Below are positions 19,811-29,373 of a DNA stretch of 64,000 bases, piece by piece. The stretch comes from a virus (Duplodnaviria; Caudoviricetes). The notes under the pieces are model-generated. The model saw only the letters and a program-made list of their open reading frames with translations, had not been told where the DNA came from and did not search any database. Location: positions 128,001-192,000 of the IMG/VR virus record IMGVR_UViG_2061766007_000586. The stretch is one strand, 5' to 3'. Position 1 is the stretch's first letter, and each line of letters begins with the position of its first letter. The position numbers and the translations under genes are program-made.

Positions 19811-21904
19811 TTATTTTTCAACTTGTTCATACAGTTCAGAGAATAACATCCCTGCTGTACTACTTCCACAGTTGATATTCATCTGATTCAGAATAGAATA
19901 AGCTGGTTTCACATTTAACTCAATGAGATGCTTTACATCAATGAGTCCAATGATTTCTTCTGGAACTTTTTCTAGTGCTGGATTAATGATCAACTTGGAA
20001 GGATATTTTGGATTTGTTTTCAACCAAATACTAAGATTCTTATAGAACGCTGGATGAGTTTTCTGTATCTGTTCCATATACTCCTTTGTTGGATATATGG
20101 ATGGGAATGCAATTACTTTCACAGGTCTTGTGATATTACCATATTTCTTGGCAAGTAAGTTTTCCCAAAATCTAAATCCAATCAGAATGGGTTGATTTGG
20201 ATTCTTATAATCCTTATCCATTTTGATAGATTCAGTATTCAGATATTTGATCTCTCCAGATAAGAGAGATTCTCTCATTCCATTTTCAAATCGAACCATA
20301 GCTTCGATTAACTCATAGGCAGATACTTGACCAGTCATTGCTGGTTTCATAATCTTTTCTACGAGCAAGTCTTCAATGAATTTGTTAACATCGTCAGCCT
20401 TGGAAGATCCACGTAAAGCTTGACCTTTGATATCAACTTTTGGTGGATTTAAAATAGAACCTTCTTGAACTTTAACAATAGAGGCATATGTCTTCTTTGC
20501 ATTGGTTAACAAGAAGATTGGATACAGGAATTCATTCTTAAACATCAGTGTTTTCATATACGGATCTGTAACACCAAGCTTAATAGAGAATCGATGCATC
20601 ACATAACTAACGATATTACTAAGCCAATACACACAAAGTGCATTGATACCAAGAGATTCATTGTCGACATAGAACTTTTCAGATCCATGATACCAGTCAG
20701 CCCATTGCTTAGTTGTAAACATAGAACTATCGGTATCTTGGAGAACCACAGTATTTCTCTTAGAGAACTGACCACGAATTTTGATATTTGGAATATCACA
20801 ATCTGTGTTACAGAATGTGTCAAAGATATCTTCCATATCATCGAGTCGTTCTTTAATACCTTTACAAATACCGAGAAGAATCGGAATATAATTTTGATGA
20901 GATTTTACAATATCATCAATGGAATGTTCTCCCAATGCTTCAGTGAATGCAACAGCAACAAGAATTTTGATAGAATCTGGTATCGCTTTCACATCATCAA
21001 CAGTTCCTTCAATTGGTGGATAGGAACTAGCATCAAGTAGATGTTGAATATGTGGCTTGAAAAATTCTTCGTTATACTGAATGATATTTCTGAAATTACA
21101 ATAATAGAACAAGAAACTTACTTGAGCAGGTCTGATTTTCATAACCAGATCTTTTACTCTCAGATAATTCTCTTCTTTTGTATATTTCGAGAAATGATAT
21201 TTGTAATATTGATAAAGCGTTTCAGCGTCAATTTGTTTCATGTGATATTTATTAATCACAGATTCAATTTGACTATCTTCAGGAGCATGTGCTAAATTAA
21301 CAAGAATATAATTAAGTAATTCTTGTTCACTCCACCAAGCAAATTGACCACCTAAGAATTGTTCAGTGGTTGTAGAAGATCTACGAACCATAGCTCTTCC
21401 TGTGCTAGTGATAGTATTATAAGCGCATTTATCAAAGAAGATTGAATATGCACTTGCATAAGCACCTGGAAGAGAATTCATCAGGATCTTAATAGATGCC
21501 TGAATATACCAATATCGATTGGCTTCTGTATATTCTCCAGCTGCTAATGCTTTTAACTGTTTCTTCTTGACAGTACCTCTTTCTTTCTTTTTATAGTTCA
21601 AGAATTCAGATACTGGGGAAGGACAATCTGTTGTTGAATAATAAACTCCACCATTTGGAGCAACGACTTTATCATTAAGCTCTCGCAAGAATTTATAGAG
21701 ATCAGATTTTTTAACTTCAGTTTGACCTCTACCTACTGCTTTGACATAAATGACAGATTTTGGTTGATAGGTTTCTTTTACTCGTTGTCGAACAATAGCT
21801 TCGGCTTTTTCTGGTTTATAACCATATCGAGTAATCAGATAACTTTTCATTGTCTTTAAATATGACATGAAAAGATCAGGACGTTTTACTTGTGTATGAC
21901 TCAT
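19811..21904 (-). CDS. Family B DNA polymerase subunit (split, phiKZ-type)
   Basis: Motif B KILMNSLPG, motif C QDTDS, KKTYA, DIKG; no motif A or exonuclease motifs seen. Confidence 0.85.
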   Translation of the reverse strand: MSHTQVKRPDLFMSYLKTMKSYLITRYGYKPEKAEAIVRQRVKETYQPKSVIYVKAVGRGQTEVKKSDLYKFLRELNDKVVAPNGGVYYSTTDCPSPVSEFLNYKKKERGTVKKKQLKALAAGEYTEANRYWYIQASIKILMNSLPGAYASAYSIFFDKCAYNTITSTGRAMVRRSSTTTEQFLGGQFAWWSEQELLNYILVNLAHAPEDSQIESVINKYHMKQIDAETLYQYYKYHFSKYTKEENYLRVKDLVMKIRPAQVSFLFYYCNFRNIIQYNEEFFKPHIQHLLDASSYPPIEGTVDDVKAIPDSIKILVAVAFTEALGEHSIDDIVKSHQNYIPILLGICKGIKERLDDMEDIFDTFCNTDCDIPNIKIRGQFSKRNTVVLQDTDSSMFTTKQWADWYHGSEKFYVDNESLGINALCVYWLSNIVSYVMHRFSIKLGVTDPYMKTLMFKNEFLYPIFLLTNAKKTYASIVKVQEGSILNPPKVDIKGQALRGSSKADDVNKFIEDLLVEKIMKPAMTGQVSAYELIEAMVRFENGMRESLLSGEIKYLNTESIKMDKDYKNPNQPILIGFRFWENLLAKKYGNITRPVKVIAFPSIYPTKEYMEQIQKTHPAFYKNLSIWLKTNPKYPSKLIINPALEKVPEEIIGLIDVKHLIELNVKPAYSILNQMNINCGSSTAGMLFSELYEQVEK

Positions 21905-21948
21905 ACTTTCTCCTAGTTAAGTATAAGATTTTATCGTCATATATTTTA

Positions 21949-21958
21949 GTAATATATA
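21949..21958 (-). promoter_or_regulatory. Phage early-type promoter (TATATATTAC) for the DNA polymerase
   Basis: Same 10-mer as 12895-12904. Confidence 0.65.
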
Positions 21959-22023
21959 GAGTTTCCGAGAATGAATTGTTCCATTTTATGCATGTAAATA
22001 AAATAACCTATAGGAAAAGCGTT

Positions 22024-22779
22024 ATGCTAAATTTTAAAGGTTTAAATAATAGTCAAGAAGATTTATCAGATGCAGCTATGATGACTATTGCATTAGGTAC
22101 TCAATTGACATTTGCAATAGCTGGTATTGCGTCTGTTCTTTCTTATCTCTATATTCGTAAACAAACGATTGAATTTATTAAAAAATATTGGACAAAAATT
22201 TGTTCCTATATTGAGAAGCAAGAATCAGATGATGACTTTTACACAGAAGATCATGCAGTACTTTACGTAAAAGATATTCTTAAAATGCAAAAAGAATATA
22301 TCAAAGTATGTGAAAAACTTACGCAATTACCCAAGCCAACTCCTAATGACACTATAGATTCATATGAAGTAAGATTTACTGATTTTATGAAAGATATAGA
22401 GCTAGAATATAAGCTTAAACCTGCTGTTGATAGTTATAAAAATGCAGGTTATTTAAATGGTCGTGATATTACTGAGTTGTATGAGAACATTGATAAAGTT
22501 ATAGATTCTTGGCGCAAAGCTGTTAAAGTTATTAAAAGCTTACCATTTAAATTTAAAAATACCTATTACATAGCGAAAATACTTCGAGAGTTACGAGCAG
22601 ATGACTTGGTTATATTTGCAGGAAATACTTGGGTTATTCGTGATAATAACGGTCCTGCTATGGAAGTAAATCGTTATGTGTGGTGGGTACATTCACATAT
22701 TGTGAAAAAAATTTTAAAACGTGTTAAAAAAGATTTTCAAAAATATCAAAAACAAAATAAGGATACTGAAAATGATTAA
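22024..22779 (+). CDS. Putative head-packaged protein with SQE site and TM-like helix
   Basis: Start MLNFKGLNNSQE; hydrophobic helix; YKNAGYL family motif. Confidence 0.65.
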   Translation: MLNFKGLNNSQEDLSDAAMMTIALGTQLTFAIAGIASVLSYLYIRKQTIEFIKKYWTKICSYIEKQESDDDFYTEDHAVLYVKDILKMQKEYIKVCEKLTQLPKPTPNDTIDSYEVRFTDFMKDIELEYKLKPAVDSYKNAGYLNGRDITELYENIDKVIDSWRKAVKVIKSLPFKFKNTYYIAKILRELRADDLVIFAGNTWVIRDNNGPAMEVNRYVWWVHSHIVKKILKRVKKDFQKYQKQNKDTEND

Positions 22780-23371
22780 TCTTGGTATTGTAAATTCTTT
22801 TGAGCAATATGAAGTAAGTCAAGAAGATTTGTCAATTGTACAGCAGATTGCTGTAACATTATTACCTGCCAGTGCTGCCATAATTGGAGCTGCAGGATAC
22901 TTCATGATTTCTGAATCCGGAATAATCGGAAGATTACTTAATAAAGTTCTTGATAAAGCTGCTGATAATGCAGCAAAGCAAGAGCAAATGGTTAAGAATA
23001 AAAAAGAAATTTTAGTGCATATTTATAAATTAGCTAGAGCACATAGAGATGCTTGTAGTAAGCTTGGTTCTGACAAAATGAAAAAAGTATTTCCAGAAAC
23101 TGTAACTAATAAAGTTGATGACTATATTGCTGCATTAAAACAAGGTACACAGTTATCACCAACTGGAAAATATACTTATGCAGAAGCAGGATTTTTAGAT
23201 GCTAACAAAGTATCTGAATTTTTACGTTTATTTGGAAATAGTCAGACAAAAGGTCGTGAAATGAAAGCTGACACAAAAATTGCTGGCTTAAGTATTATGA
23301 GGCAATTTTTAAGTGTTACTAAAGCTATCGGTTCTCGTTTATCAGCATTTAAAAAATTTCAGAAGGCTTGA
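22772..23371 (+). CDS. Paralog of 22024 (SQE site, hydrophobic helix)
   Basis: MINLGIVNSFE...SQEDLS; YAEAGFLD motif; SD AAGGA. Confidence 0.65.
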   Translation: MINLGIVNSFEQYEVSQEDLSIVQQIAVTLLPASAAIIGAAGYFMISESGIIGRLLNKVLDKAADNAAKQEQMVKNKKEILVHIYKLARAHRDACSKLGSDKMKKVFPETVTNKVDDYIAALKQGTQLSPTGKYTYAEAGFLDANKVSEFLRLFGNSQTKGREMKADTKIAGLSIMRQFLSVTKAIGSRLSAFKKFQKA

Positions 23372-23377
23372 TTAATT

Positions 23378-24808
23378 ATGATGCAATTAAATAATATCAA
23401 CAGCAACGGTAATGTTGAACAGAGTCAGGAAGATGCTTCAGGTCTTGTAGCTTTTGGTATTCTGGCTGCTATTGTCGGTGCTATGACACTCTTTGCTAAG
23501 ATTCAGGAAAGTAAAGATAGAAAAGTTTGGGACTTTGTTACACATCATTATTTAAAGATTTGTAACTTCATCAAAGATCATCAGCAAGATGATCCTTATT
23601 ACTTTGAAAACACAAAGCATCTCTACAAAGTGAAAGATGTTGCTGATACAGCAGTAGCATTCTTAAAGGTTCTTTCAGTTGCATTAACTGCACCAAGACC
23701 AAAATCCTATCAGGATAGTAGAGAGTATATGGAAGAGTTTGAACAATTCCTTTCAAAGAAATCTCTTCCAAAAATAAAAGATTATCTTTCATCTGAAATG
23801 ACTCTGAATGATGCAGGTTATCTTGATTATGCTCTTGTCAAGAAAGTATTTGATACTGAAAGAGACATCTGTTTTAATCTGAATAAATTCTGGTCATTTG
23901 CTTGCAACTGTGCTTATGACTTAGATGCAGATCCGAATGAGATTTATTATAAGCTCATGGGTAGAATCAAACGTTTCACTGATGGCATCGGTGGACAAGC
24001 AATTGTTTATGATTGCGACGTTGTGTTCTATGTTGTAAGAGAGATTGTAAAACATGTTCTTAAGAAATATGAGAAGTGGAAAAAATCTAATGAAGAATTA
24101 GAAGATAAACTTCTCGCAGATCTTTTGAAACTTGAGTTTAAGGTTTCTCAATTTGCGAAGCAATATAAAGATCAGAATTTCAAGCAAGATGTTGTGAAAC
24201 TTACTGAGAAGTATCATTCAGAAGAATGCATGAAATTTGCTGAGAATATGCTCGGATGCAAAATTGATGAAGTTAAGATTGAAATTTCCGATGAGGCTTT
24301 CAATGGTATCACTAATTCATTTATCAGCGAAGCAGAAACAGTTAAAAATAAGTTAGATGAATTAGCTAAGTACTTTGCAGCAAAATCAAAAATTGTAAGT
24401 AAAGTAAATCTTCCTGATACTGTTGCTTCAAAAATTAAAGCTATGAAACTTGATTTTACTGAAATCGAAAATTCATCCATAGATGTTAAAGCACTATCAT
24501 CCAGATTAAATAGCTTAGCTAGTGCTATTGATAAAAAATGCATACAGTCTTTCAAAAAGGAGTATGCTAATAAAGATGCATCTTTGGATGGAATGAAAAA
24601 AGTTTTAACACAACTGCGCCAACTTTTAGCAGCGCTCTTCTTAATTAAGAGATACATTGAAAGTAGCAGAGGTCCAGGTGGAGAGAATGAAAAGATTGTT
24701 CCTCCTCCGAGAAAAGGTACTTCTAAATACAGTTCTGCTCCAGAGCCACGTCATCGTGCGTTCGGTAGTAAAGAATTTGGTCCAGCATATCACAATGGGA
24801 TGTTTTAA
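23378..24808 (+). CDS. Two-module head protein (TM paralog fused to SxEC-type module)
   Basis: SQEDA plus hydrophobic helix, LNDAGYLD; second half SNEEL...HSEECMKFAE. Confidence 0.65.
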   Translation: MMQLNNINSNGNVEQSQEDASGLVAFGILAAIVGAMTLFAKIQESKDRKVWDFVTHHYLKICNFIKDHQQDDPYYFENTKHLYKVKDVADTAVAFLKVLSVALTAPRPKSYQDSREYMEEFEQFLSKKSLPKIKDYLSSEMTLNDAGYLDYALVKKVFDTERDICFNLNKFWSFACNCAYDLDADPNEIYYKLMGRIKRFTDGIGGQAIVYDCDVVFYVVREIVKHVLKKYEKWKKSNEELEDKLLADLLKLEFKVSQFAKQYKDQNFKQDVVKLTEKYHSEECMKFAENMLGCKIDEVKIEISDEAFNGITNSFISEAETVKNKLDELAKYFAAKSKIVSKVNLPDTVASKIKAMKLDFTEIENSSIDVKALSSRLNSLASAIDKKCIQSFKKEYANKDASLDGMKKVLTQLRQLLAALFLIKRYIESSRGPGGENEKIVPPPRKGTSKYSSAPEPRHRAFGSKEFGPAYHNGMF

Positions 24809-24810
24809 TT

Positions 24811-25545
24811 ATGAACTTTGGTAAATTAAATGTAAATGATTCATCGGAGAGTATTGTCATAGCTGGTGTTGCAGCTGGTGCTGTGTATGCTGCTCTATTA
24901 TCATGGGTTACTGTATGCTTAATAAAAGATCATCGTGATAAAAAAATAAGAGAATATATTAATTTGCATTATGATAAAATTTGTGAGTTTATCAATAAAG
25001 CAAGAAAAGATGATCCATTCTTTTTTACAGAAAAAAGAGATTTGCACAAAATCAACGATATTGCTAAATTAATGGAGAAATTCAAAAAGTTATATGACAA
25101 AGTTTCTCAAGTACCTATGCCAAATGACAACGAGGATACTAAAGAATATATCAAAAAACTTCAAGCAATGTTTAGAGAATTTGATATATCTGATCTTGCT
25201 CGTAAACATGAAACTTCTTCATTAACTTATAAAGAAGCAGGTTATCTTGATGCAAATTTAGTTAAAAAGACTTTCTCAATTGATAAATTTGCATGGGATA
25301 GTTATGCAAAAGCATCCGGCGTTATAGACGACATTGCATTTCATTTTCAAAGTAAATTTGATGAAAGTTTTTACAGTTACGTAAAAGATGATCCTACGTT
25401 GAAATACATATTCTGGTATGATCATATGACAGATTCTCCACCTGATATGTCTGGAATAGAAGTATTTCAGAATATCAAAGTGATACTTAAAAATGTCAAG
25501 AAAGAATTTGAAGAGATGAGAAAATCTTCAAAAAACTCTGAATAA
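24811..25545 (+). CDS. Paralog of 22024/23378
   Basis: MNFG..SSE, hydrophobic helix, HYDKICEFI..DDPFF, YKEAGYLD. Confidence 0.65.
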   Translation: MNFGKLNVNDSSESIVIAGVAAGAVYAALLSWVTVCLIKDHRDKKIREYINLHYDKICEFINKARKDDPFFFTEKRDLHKINDIAKLMEKFKKLYDKVSQVPMPNDNEDTKEYIKKLQAMFREFDISDLARKHETSSLTYKEAGYLDANLVKKTFSIDKFAWDSYAKASGVIDDIAFHFQSKFDESFYSYVKDDPTLKYIFWYDHMTDSPPDMSGIEVFQNIKVILKNVKKEFEEMRKSSKNSE

Positions 25546-25551
25546 CTTACT

Positions 25552-25577
25552 GTGCCTAGGGACATGTCCTTAGGCAC
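25552..25577 (+). terminator. Intrinsic terminator
   Basis: GTGCCTAGGGAC/GTCCTTAGGCAC plus T-rich tail. Confidence 0.75.
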
Positions 25578-25670
25578 TTTCTTCTTTGATTATATATAGT
25601 TATAATCATTGTATGCATGCTGGTCATTTACCATAATTTAAAATAACAATCAATATAAGGGACTTTTATT

Positions 25671-26516
25671 ATGGGTCTTAATCTTGGTCTTGAAGGCCTC
25701 GTTGTTCCTGAGGCTGAAGTTAAATTTTCAAACGAAGAATTACTTCGTTCCACTTTATCTGCTTCTGTCGCACAGAATCACATGGATAAAGCGTTTCGTG
25801 ATTTACATGAATTACTCCGTAATGCTGCTAACTACACAGAAATTCTGAATAGTCTACAGAAACATTCATCCAACGAATGCTTAGCTTATGCATCTGAACT
25901 TCTGAATCAGAGTATTTCTTCTACAGAAGATGCAAAAGCAATCGTAAAGAATGCTATCAGTACTGCTGGTGCAAAGATTGCACAGGCTGCAGTAGTGGCT
26001 GGTAAAGCTTTGAAAGATTGGCTTCATACATTAATAGCATGGTGTAGTGAACTTATCAAGAAAGTCAGAGATGCCATTCATGAAAAAGCTGAAGCCAAAC
26101 GCAATGCTCAGGATGAGGAAAACATTGCAAAAGCAAGAGCTATCTTCCATACGAAGCCAAAAGTTGCTACGATGGAAGCGGCAACAGATATCATGCAGGC
26201 AATGAGGAATAATAGCTTTAGTAGACCGCAAGAAATGTCAAAATTAGTCGCATGCTTACGTGAAAATGGAACTGAAGAGATTACCGATAAAGCTGGAGCG
26301 ATGAATTATCTTCGTATTGCAAAAGATATGTTCTCTACAGCTGCTAATTGGGTTGGTGGTGCTCTTAAAAAAATTGGTGAATCTGCACAGTTTAAAGCTT
26401 GTATGGCTATTTTGAAATCATTCTGTGAGAAACTTAAAAACGGCATTATGAATGCTGTTAAGTGGGCTCTCAAGCGTGGTGGCGAAGCTACTGTTAAAGC
26501 TAGTGAAAGTATTTGA
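25671..26516 (+). CDS. Putative internal head protein
   Basis: MGLNLGLE; SNE, STE sites; SSNECLAYASELL motif. Confidence 0.65.
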   Translation: MGLNLGLEGLVVPEAEVKFSNEELLRSTLSASVAQNHMDKAFRDLHELLRNAANYTEILNSLQKHSSNECLAYASELLNQSISSTEDAKAIVKNAISTAGAKIAQAAVVAGKALKDWLHTLIAWCSELIKKVRDAIHEKAEAKRNAQDEENIAKARAIFHTKPKVATMEAATDIMQAMRNNSFSRPQEMSKLVACLRENGTEEITDKAGAMNYLRIAKDMFSTAANWVGGALKKIGESAQFKACMAILKSFCEKLKNGIMNAVKWALKRGGEATVKASESI

Positions 26517-26528
26517 TCAAAAAACAAA

Positions 26529-26560
26529 CGAGGATAGGATCTTTTCAGATCCTATCCTCG
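26529..26560. terminator. Bidirectional terminator
   Basis: CGAGGATAGGATCT/AGATCCTATCCTCG. Confidence 0.8.
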
Positions 26561-26576
26561 AATGCTTTAGAACGTA

Positions 26577-27080
26577 TCACCGCTTCGCGATGATGATGCC
26601 GCCGACAGCAAGACCGGCGACAACGATCACACCAGCAGTGATTCCGATCGCCTTGATATGGCGGCGGAAGAATCCGGGCTTCTTCTCTTCGCCCGGCGCA
26701 GGAGCGGCCTGGTTCGCAGTCGTGGGAGCTTCAGCACTCTTGGTGTTTTCGATGGCGGGATTGGCGGTTTCGTTGGTGGTGGTTTCTTTGTTCTCAGTCA
26801 TGTTCTGGGTCTCCTTGAAGGATTCGGGGTTGATGGGAATGTGAATGGTAGTTCCGGTAGCTTCAACAACCGGACCGACGTTGATGGTGATTTCTCCGAC
26901 CTCAGGAACGGGATCGGAAGGTTTCTTTTCCTCTTCGACGACAGGCTGCGGCGGAAGCACAGTGGCCGTTCCACCAGGAAGCTCATTCAGGTTCTGATCA
27001 ACCTGAGTGGTCTTGCTGTCAACGATCGGGGTTTCGTTCTTTTCGACGCTTTTGTTTTTGACTTTCTTACCCATTTTCAA
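26577..27080 (-). CDS. Early, low-complexity protein with C-terminal transmembrane anchor
   Basis: P/T/E/A-rich body, AIGITAGVIVVAGLAVGGIII-AKR tail; SD AAGGAG; own promoter motif; GC-rich codons. Confidence 0.75.
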   Translation of the reverse strand: MKMGKKVKNKSVEKNETPIVDSKTTQVDQNLNELPGGTATVLPPQPVVEEEKKPSDPVPEVGEITINVGPVVEATGTTIHIPINPESFKETQNMTENKETTTNETANPAIENTKSAEAPTTANQAAPAPGEEKKPGFFRRHIKAIGITAGVIVVAGLAVGGIIIAKR

Positions 27081-27116
27081 TTCTCCTTATAAAGGGTTTG
27101 TGGTTTTATCACTATA

Positions 27117-27126
27117 GCCATATATA
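27117..27126 (-). promoter_or_regulatory. Phage early-type promoter (TATATATGGC)
   Basis: TATATATNNC match. Confidence 0.55.
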
Positions 27127-27169
27127 CTTGAAAATTTTTCAATAACAGCAAATATGAAAGAATATTATC

Positions 27170-28036
27170 ATGGATGATAGTATTAATGAAATGCTAGATT
27201 TATTTTCTTCATTTGAAGAAGACGATTCGTGGAATACAGTATTAAATCTAGCTGCTTCAATTTACACCAGTAAAGATCCTGAAGCCGTGGTAACTGCTTT
27301 TGACCGTGATAAAGATTTTCATGATAACTTTAATTCAAATGGGCGTCCTGCTCTTGAGAATTTAATTGCTTATTTGGAATCTTCTAATGAAGGTCTTTGG
27401 CAAGACTTCTTATCACATGGACCTTTAGGATTATTAAAAGGTGCATTCTACGAATCACTTATTATTGTCCACAAATATTGTAAAAAATATTCCACCAAAG
27501 GTTTTAATAAACCGGTTGGAGACAATCACTCTATTTATTTACCACATCATAGTGTTTTTGAATCTAGTATGAAAAAGCTCGACATGATTTATGATGCATG
27601 TAAGAACTTTCTCGAAGATGGAGATGCATCTATTCGTAATATCAAACAAGTGTTGATTATGAGTGGAGTATCTGTAAAAGATAGTGGTAAGATTAGTGAT
27701 CTTGTTAATACTGACTGGGCTTCTGTTAGACACTATTTAATTGGCCGTAGATTTGGTATGGAAAATAGTAGTGCTAACGAAGGTCCTATTAGTAACCGTG
27801 GTTGGGATACTGAGAAGCTTATCGATGCTGCTCGTACTATTTGTGTACAAATTCAAAAATTAAAAGAACTTAAGAAAACTCCAGCAAAAGAAATGTTAAA
27901 GAAGTTAGAGTTAGAAGATAGAGATTTCAAAAACAAACTTCGTTTCTATTCTAATGCTTTACGAGTTTATGTTTCTACGATCAAAATACTTGGTCGTGGC
28001 GTCGTTTGTGGATTTAGTGCCACAAGAACTTACTAA
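27170..28036 (+). CDS. Putative internal head protein
   Basis: Paralog of 28061 (SKDPEAVVTAFDRDK, RGW motif); SNE site. Confidence 0.65.
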   Translation: MDDSINEMLDLFSSFEEDDSWNTVLNLAASIYTSKDPEAVVTAFDRDKDFHDNFNSNGRPALENLIAYLESSNEGLWQDFLSHGPLGLLKGAFYESLIIVHKYCKKYSTKGFNKPVGDNHSIYLPHHSVFESSMKKLDMIYDACKNFLEDGDASIRNIKQVLIMSGVSVKDSGKISDLVNTDWASVRHYLIGRRFGMENSSANEGPISNRGWDTEKLIDAARTICVQIQKLKELKKTPAKEMLKKLELEDRDFKNKLRFYSNALRVYVSTIKILGRGVVCGFSATRTY

Positions 28037-28060
28037 CAATTTATATAAAGGTAATTTATT

Positions 28061-29125
28061 ATGCCTCTTGATTTAGGACTTGAAAACCTTAAGACTTCTA
28101 CAGAAACCACAGAAATCCCTGCAACAACTGTAGAAGAGATTATCGATATGATTGAAGCTTGTGAACAGTTTGAATCTGAATTAGATGAAATTGGAGTATT
28201 CAATCGTGTATTCGGCATTGGCCAAGCTATCGCTAACAGCAAGAATCCTCAGGCTGTTATCGATGCATTTGATCGTGACAAAGCTTTCCACAAAGCATTT
28301 AACAATGGTGGAGATTGCTTACAAAATATTGCAAATTATCTCCAGGCTTCTGTTGAAACCTATTGGGGAGATGCTGTTCGTCACAACCAGGCTGATGACA
28401 AAACTGCAGCTTTTACCAATAAGAGTGCTGTACAGAAAGTTAAAGAAATGTGCAGTCGCTACAATGCTTCTAATATTGATGCTACAGTACTGGAACATCG
28501 TGCTGTTACTTTACCTCCTGCCAAGTTATTTGATGCACAAGTTAAATATTTACGCATGATGGGTAAAGCAGTATCAGTATGGAAGAAGAATCCGAATATC
28601 ACAGAAGCACAGGCGAAACAGATTTACCATAAACTTGGTTTTGAAGAAGCTCAAGCTAATTCTGACCGAACTGGCGAAATGTCCGCAAAAGATATGCTGA
28701 AAGCATTAGGATTTACACTGGGATTAACAGTAGTTGGTCATGCAATGAATACTGCTGCATGGGCCGCTTCTACAGTTGGTAATCCGAAACCGCCTAAGGC
28801 TTTAGCAACATATGTTGGTTTTCTACCAGCAGTTGTTGCGGTGATGAGACAACTTGGCGGAATGGCTGGTATTGCTTTGTCACAGCGTAGAGATCCTATT
28901 GGTAAACGTGGCTGGACGACTAAGAATCTTGGTTCGGCATGTGCAACGATAGTTGCACTTCTTAATGAAGCAGCTACTGCTACCACAGAACCATTACCGA
29001 AGAAAGATAAATCCAAATACGATATTAAAGCTTATCGCATTATGAGAGAGCTTGATATCGCTTATATGAAGGGTGTTCTTACACTCGGTCGTGCTTTAAT
29101 CACAGCAATTGGTGTTGTGAAATAA
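28061..29125 (+). CDS. Putative internal head protein with hydrophobic hairpin
   Basis: MPLDLGLE, SVE site, SKNPQAVIDAFDRDK, KRGWT. Confidence 0.65.
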   Translation: MPLDLGLENLKTSTETTEIPATTVEEIIDMIEACEQFESELDEIGVFNRVFGIGQAIANSKNPQAVIDAFDRDKAFHKAFNNGGDCLQNIANYLQASVETYWGDAVRHNQADDKTAAFTNKSAVQKVKEMCSRYNASNIDATVLEHRAVTLPPAKLFDAQVKYLRMMGKAVSVWKKNPNITEAQAKQIYHKLGFEEAQANSDRTGEMSAKDMLKALGFTLGLTVVGHAMNTAAWAASTVGNPKPPKALATYVGFLPAVVAVMRQLGGMAGIALSQRRDPIGKRGWTTKNLGSACATIVALLNEAATATTEPLPKKDKSKYDIKAYRIMRELDIAYMKGVLTLGRALITAIGVVK

Positions 29126-29147
29126 CACTACATTTAATTCAGTTATT

Positions 29148-29180
29148 GAACTAAGGGTAGGTTAATCCTACCCTTAGTTT
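29148..29180 (+). terminator. Intrinsic terminator
   Basis: AACTAAGGGTAGG/CCTACCCTTAGTT. Confidence 0.75.
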
Positions 29181-29233
29181 ATCATATCAACTTGTTATTT
29201 TATGAAACCTTAATAAATATAAGGGTATTGTTT

Positions 29234-29356
29234 ATGCAAGAAAATACTTCAACTAAAGATTCTGAAACTACTTCGGAATCTGAACAACCGACTGTCTGTT
29301 CCCTTGAAGAAATGGAATTTATGACATATCTTAAATTACAATGTATGCAACCGTAA
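29234..29356 (+). CDS. 40-aa small protein (below ORF-track cutoff)
   Basis: MQENTSTKDSETTSESEQPTVCSLEEMEFMTYLKLQCMQP; SD-like AAGGG; contains SLE. Confidence 0.5.
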   Translation: MQENTSTKDSETTSESEQPTVCSLEEMEFMTYLKLQCMQP

Positions 29357-29373
29357 TATAAGGATTTCTATAC

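Noticed and set aside
19612-19869. 85-aa minus-strand ORF
   Set aside because: It runs through the terminator and overlaps the polymerase end without an SD.
26452-27092. + strand ORFs of 130 and 144 aa
   Set aside because: Antisense shadows of the GC-rich minus-strand gene, which has the SD, promoter and terminator.
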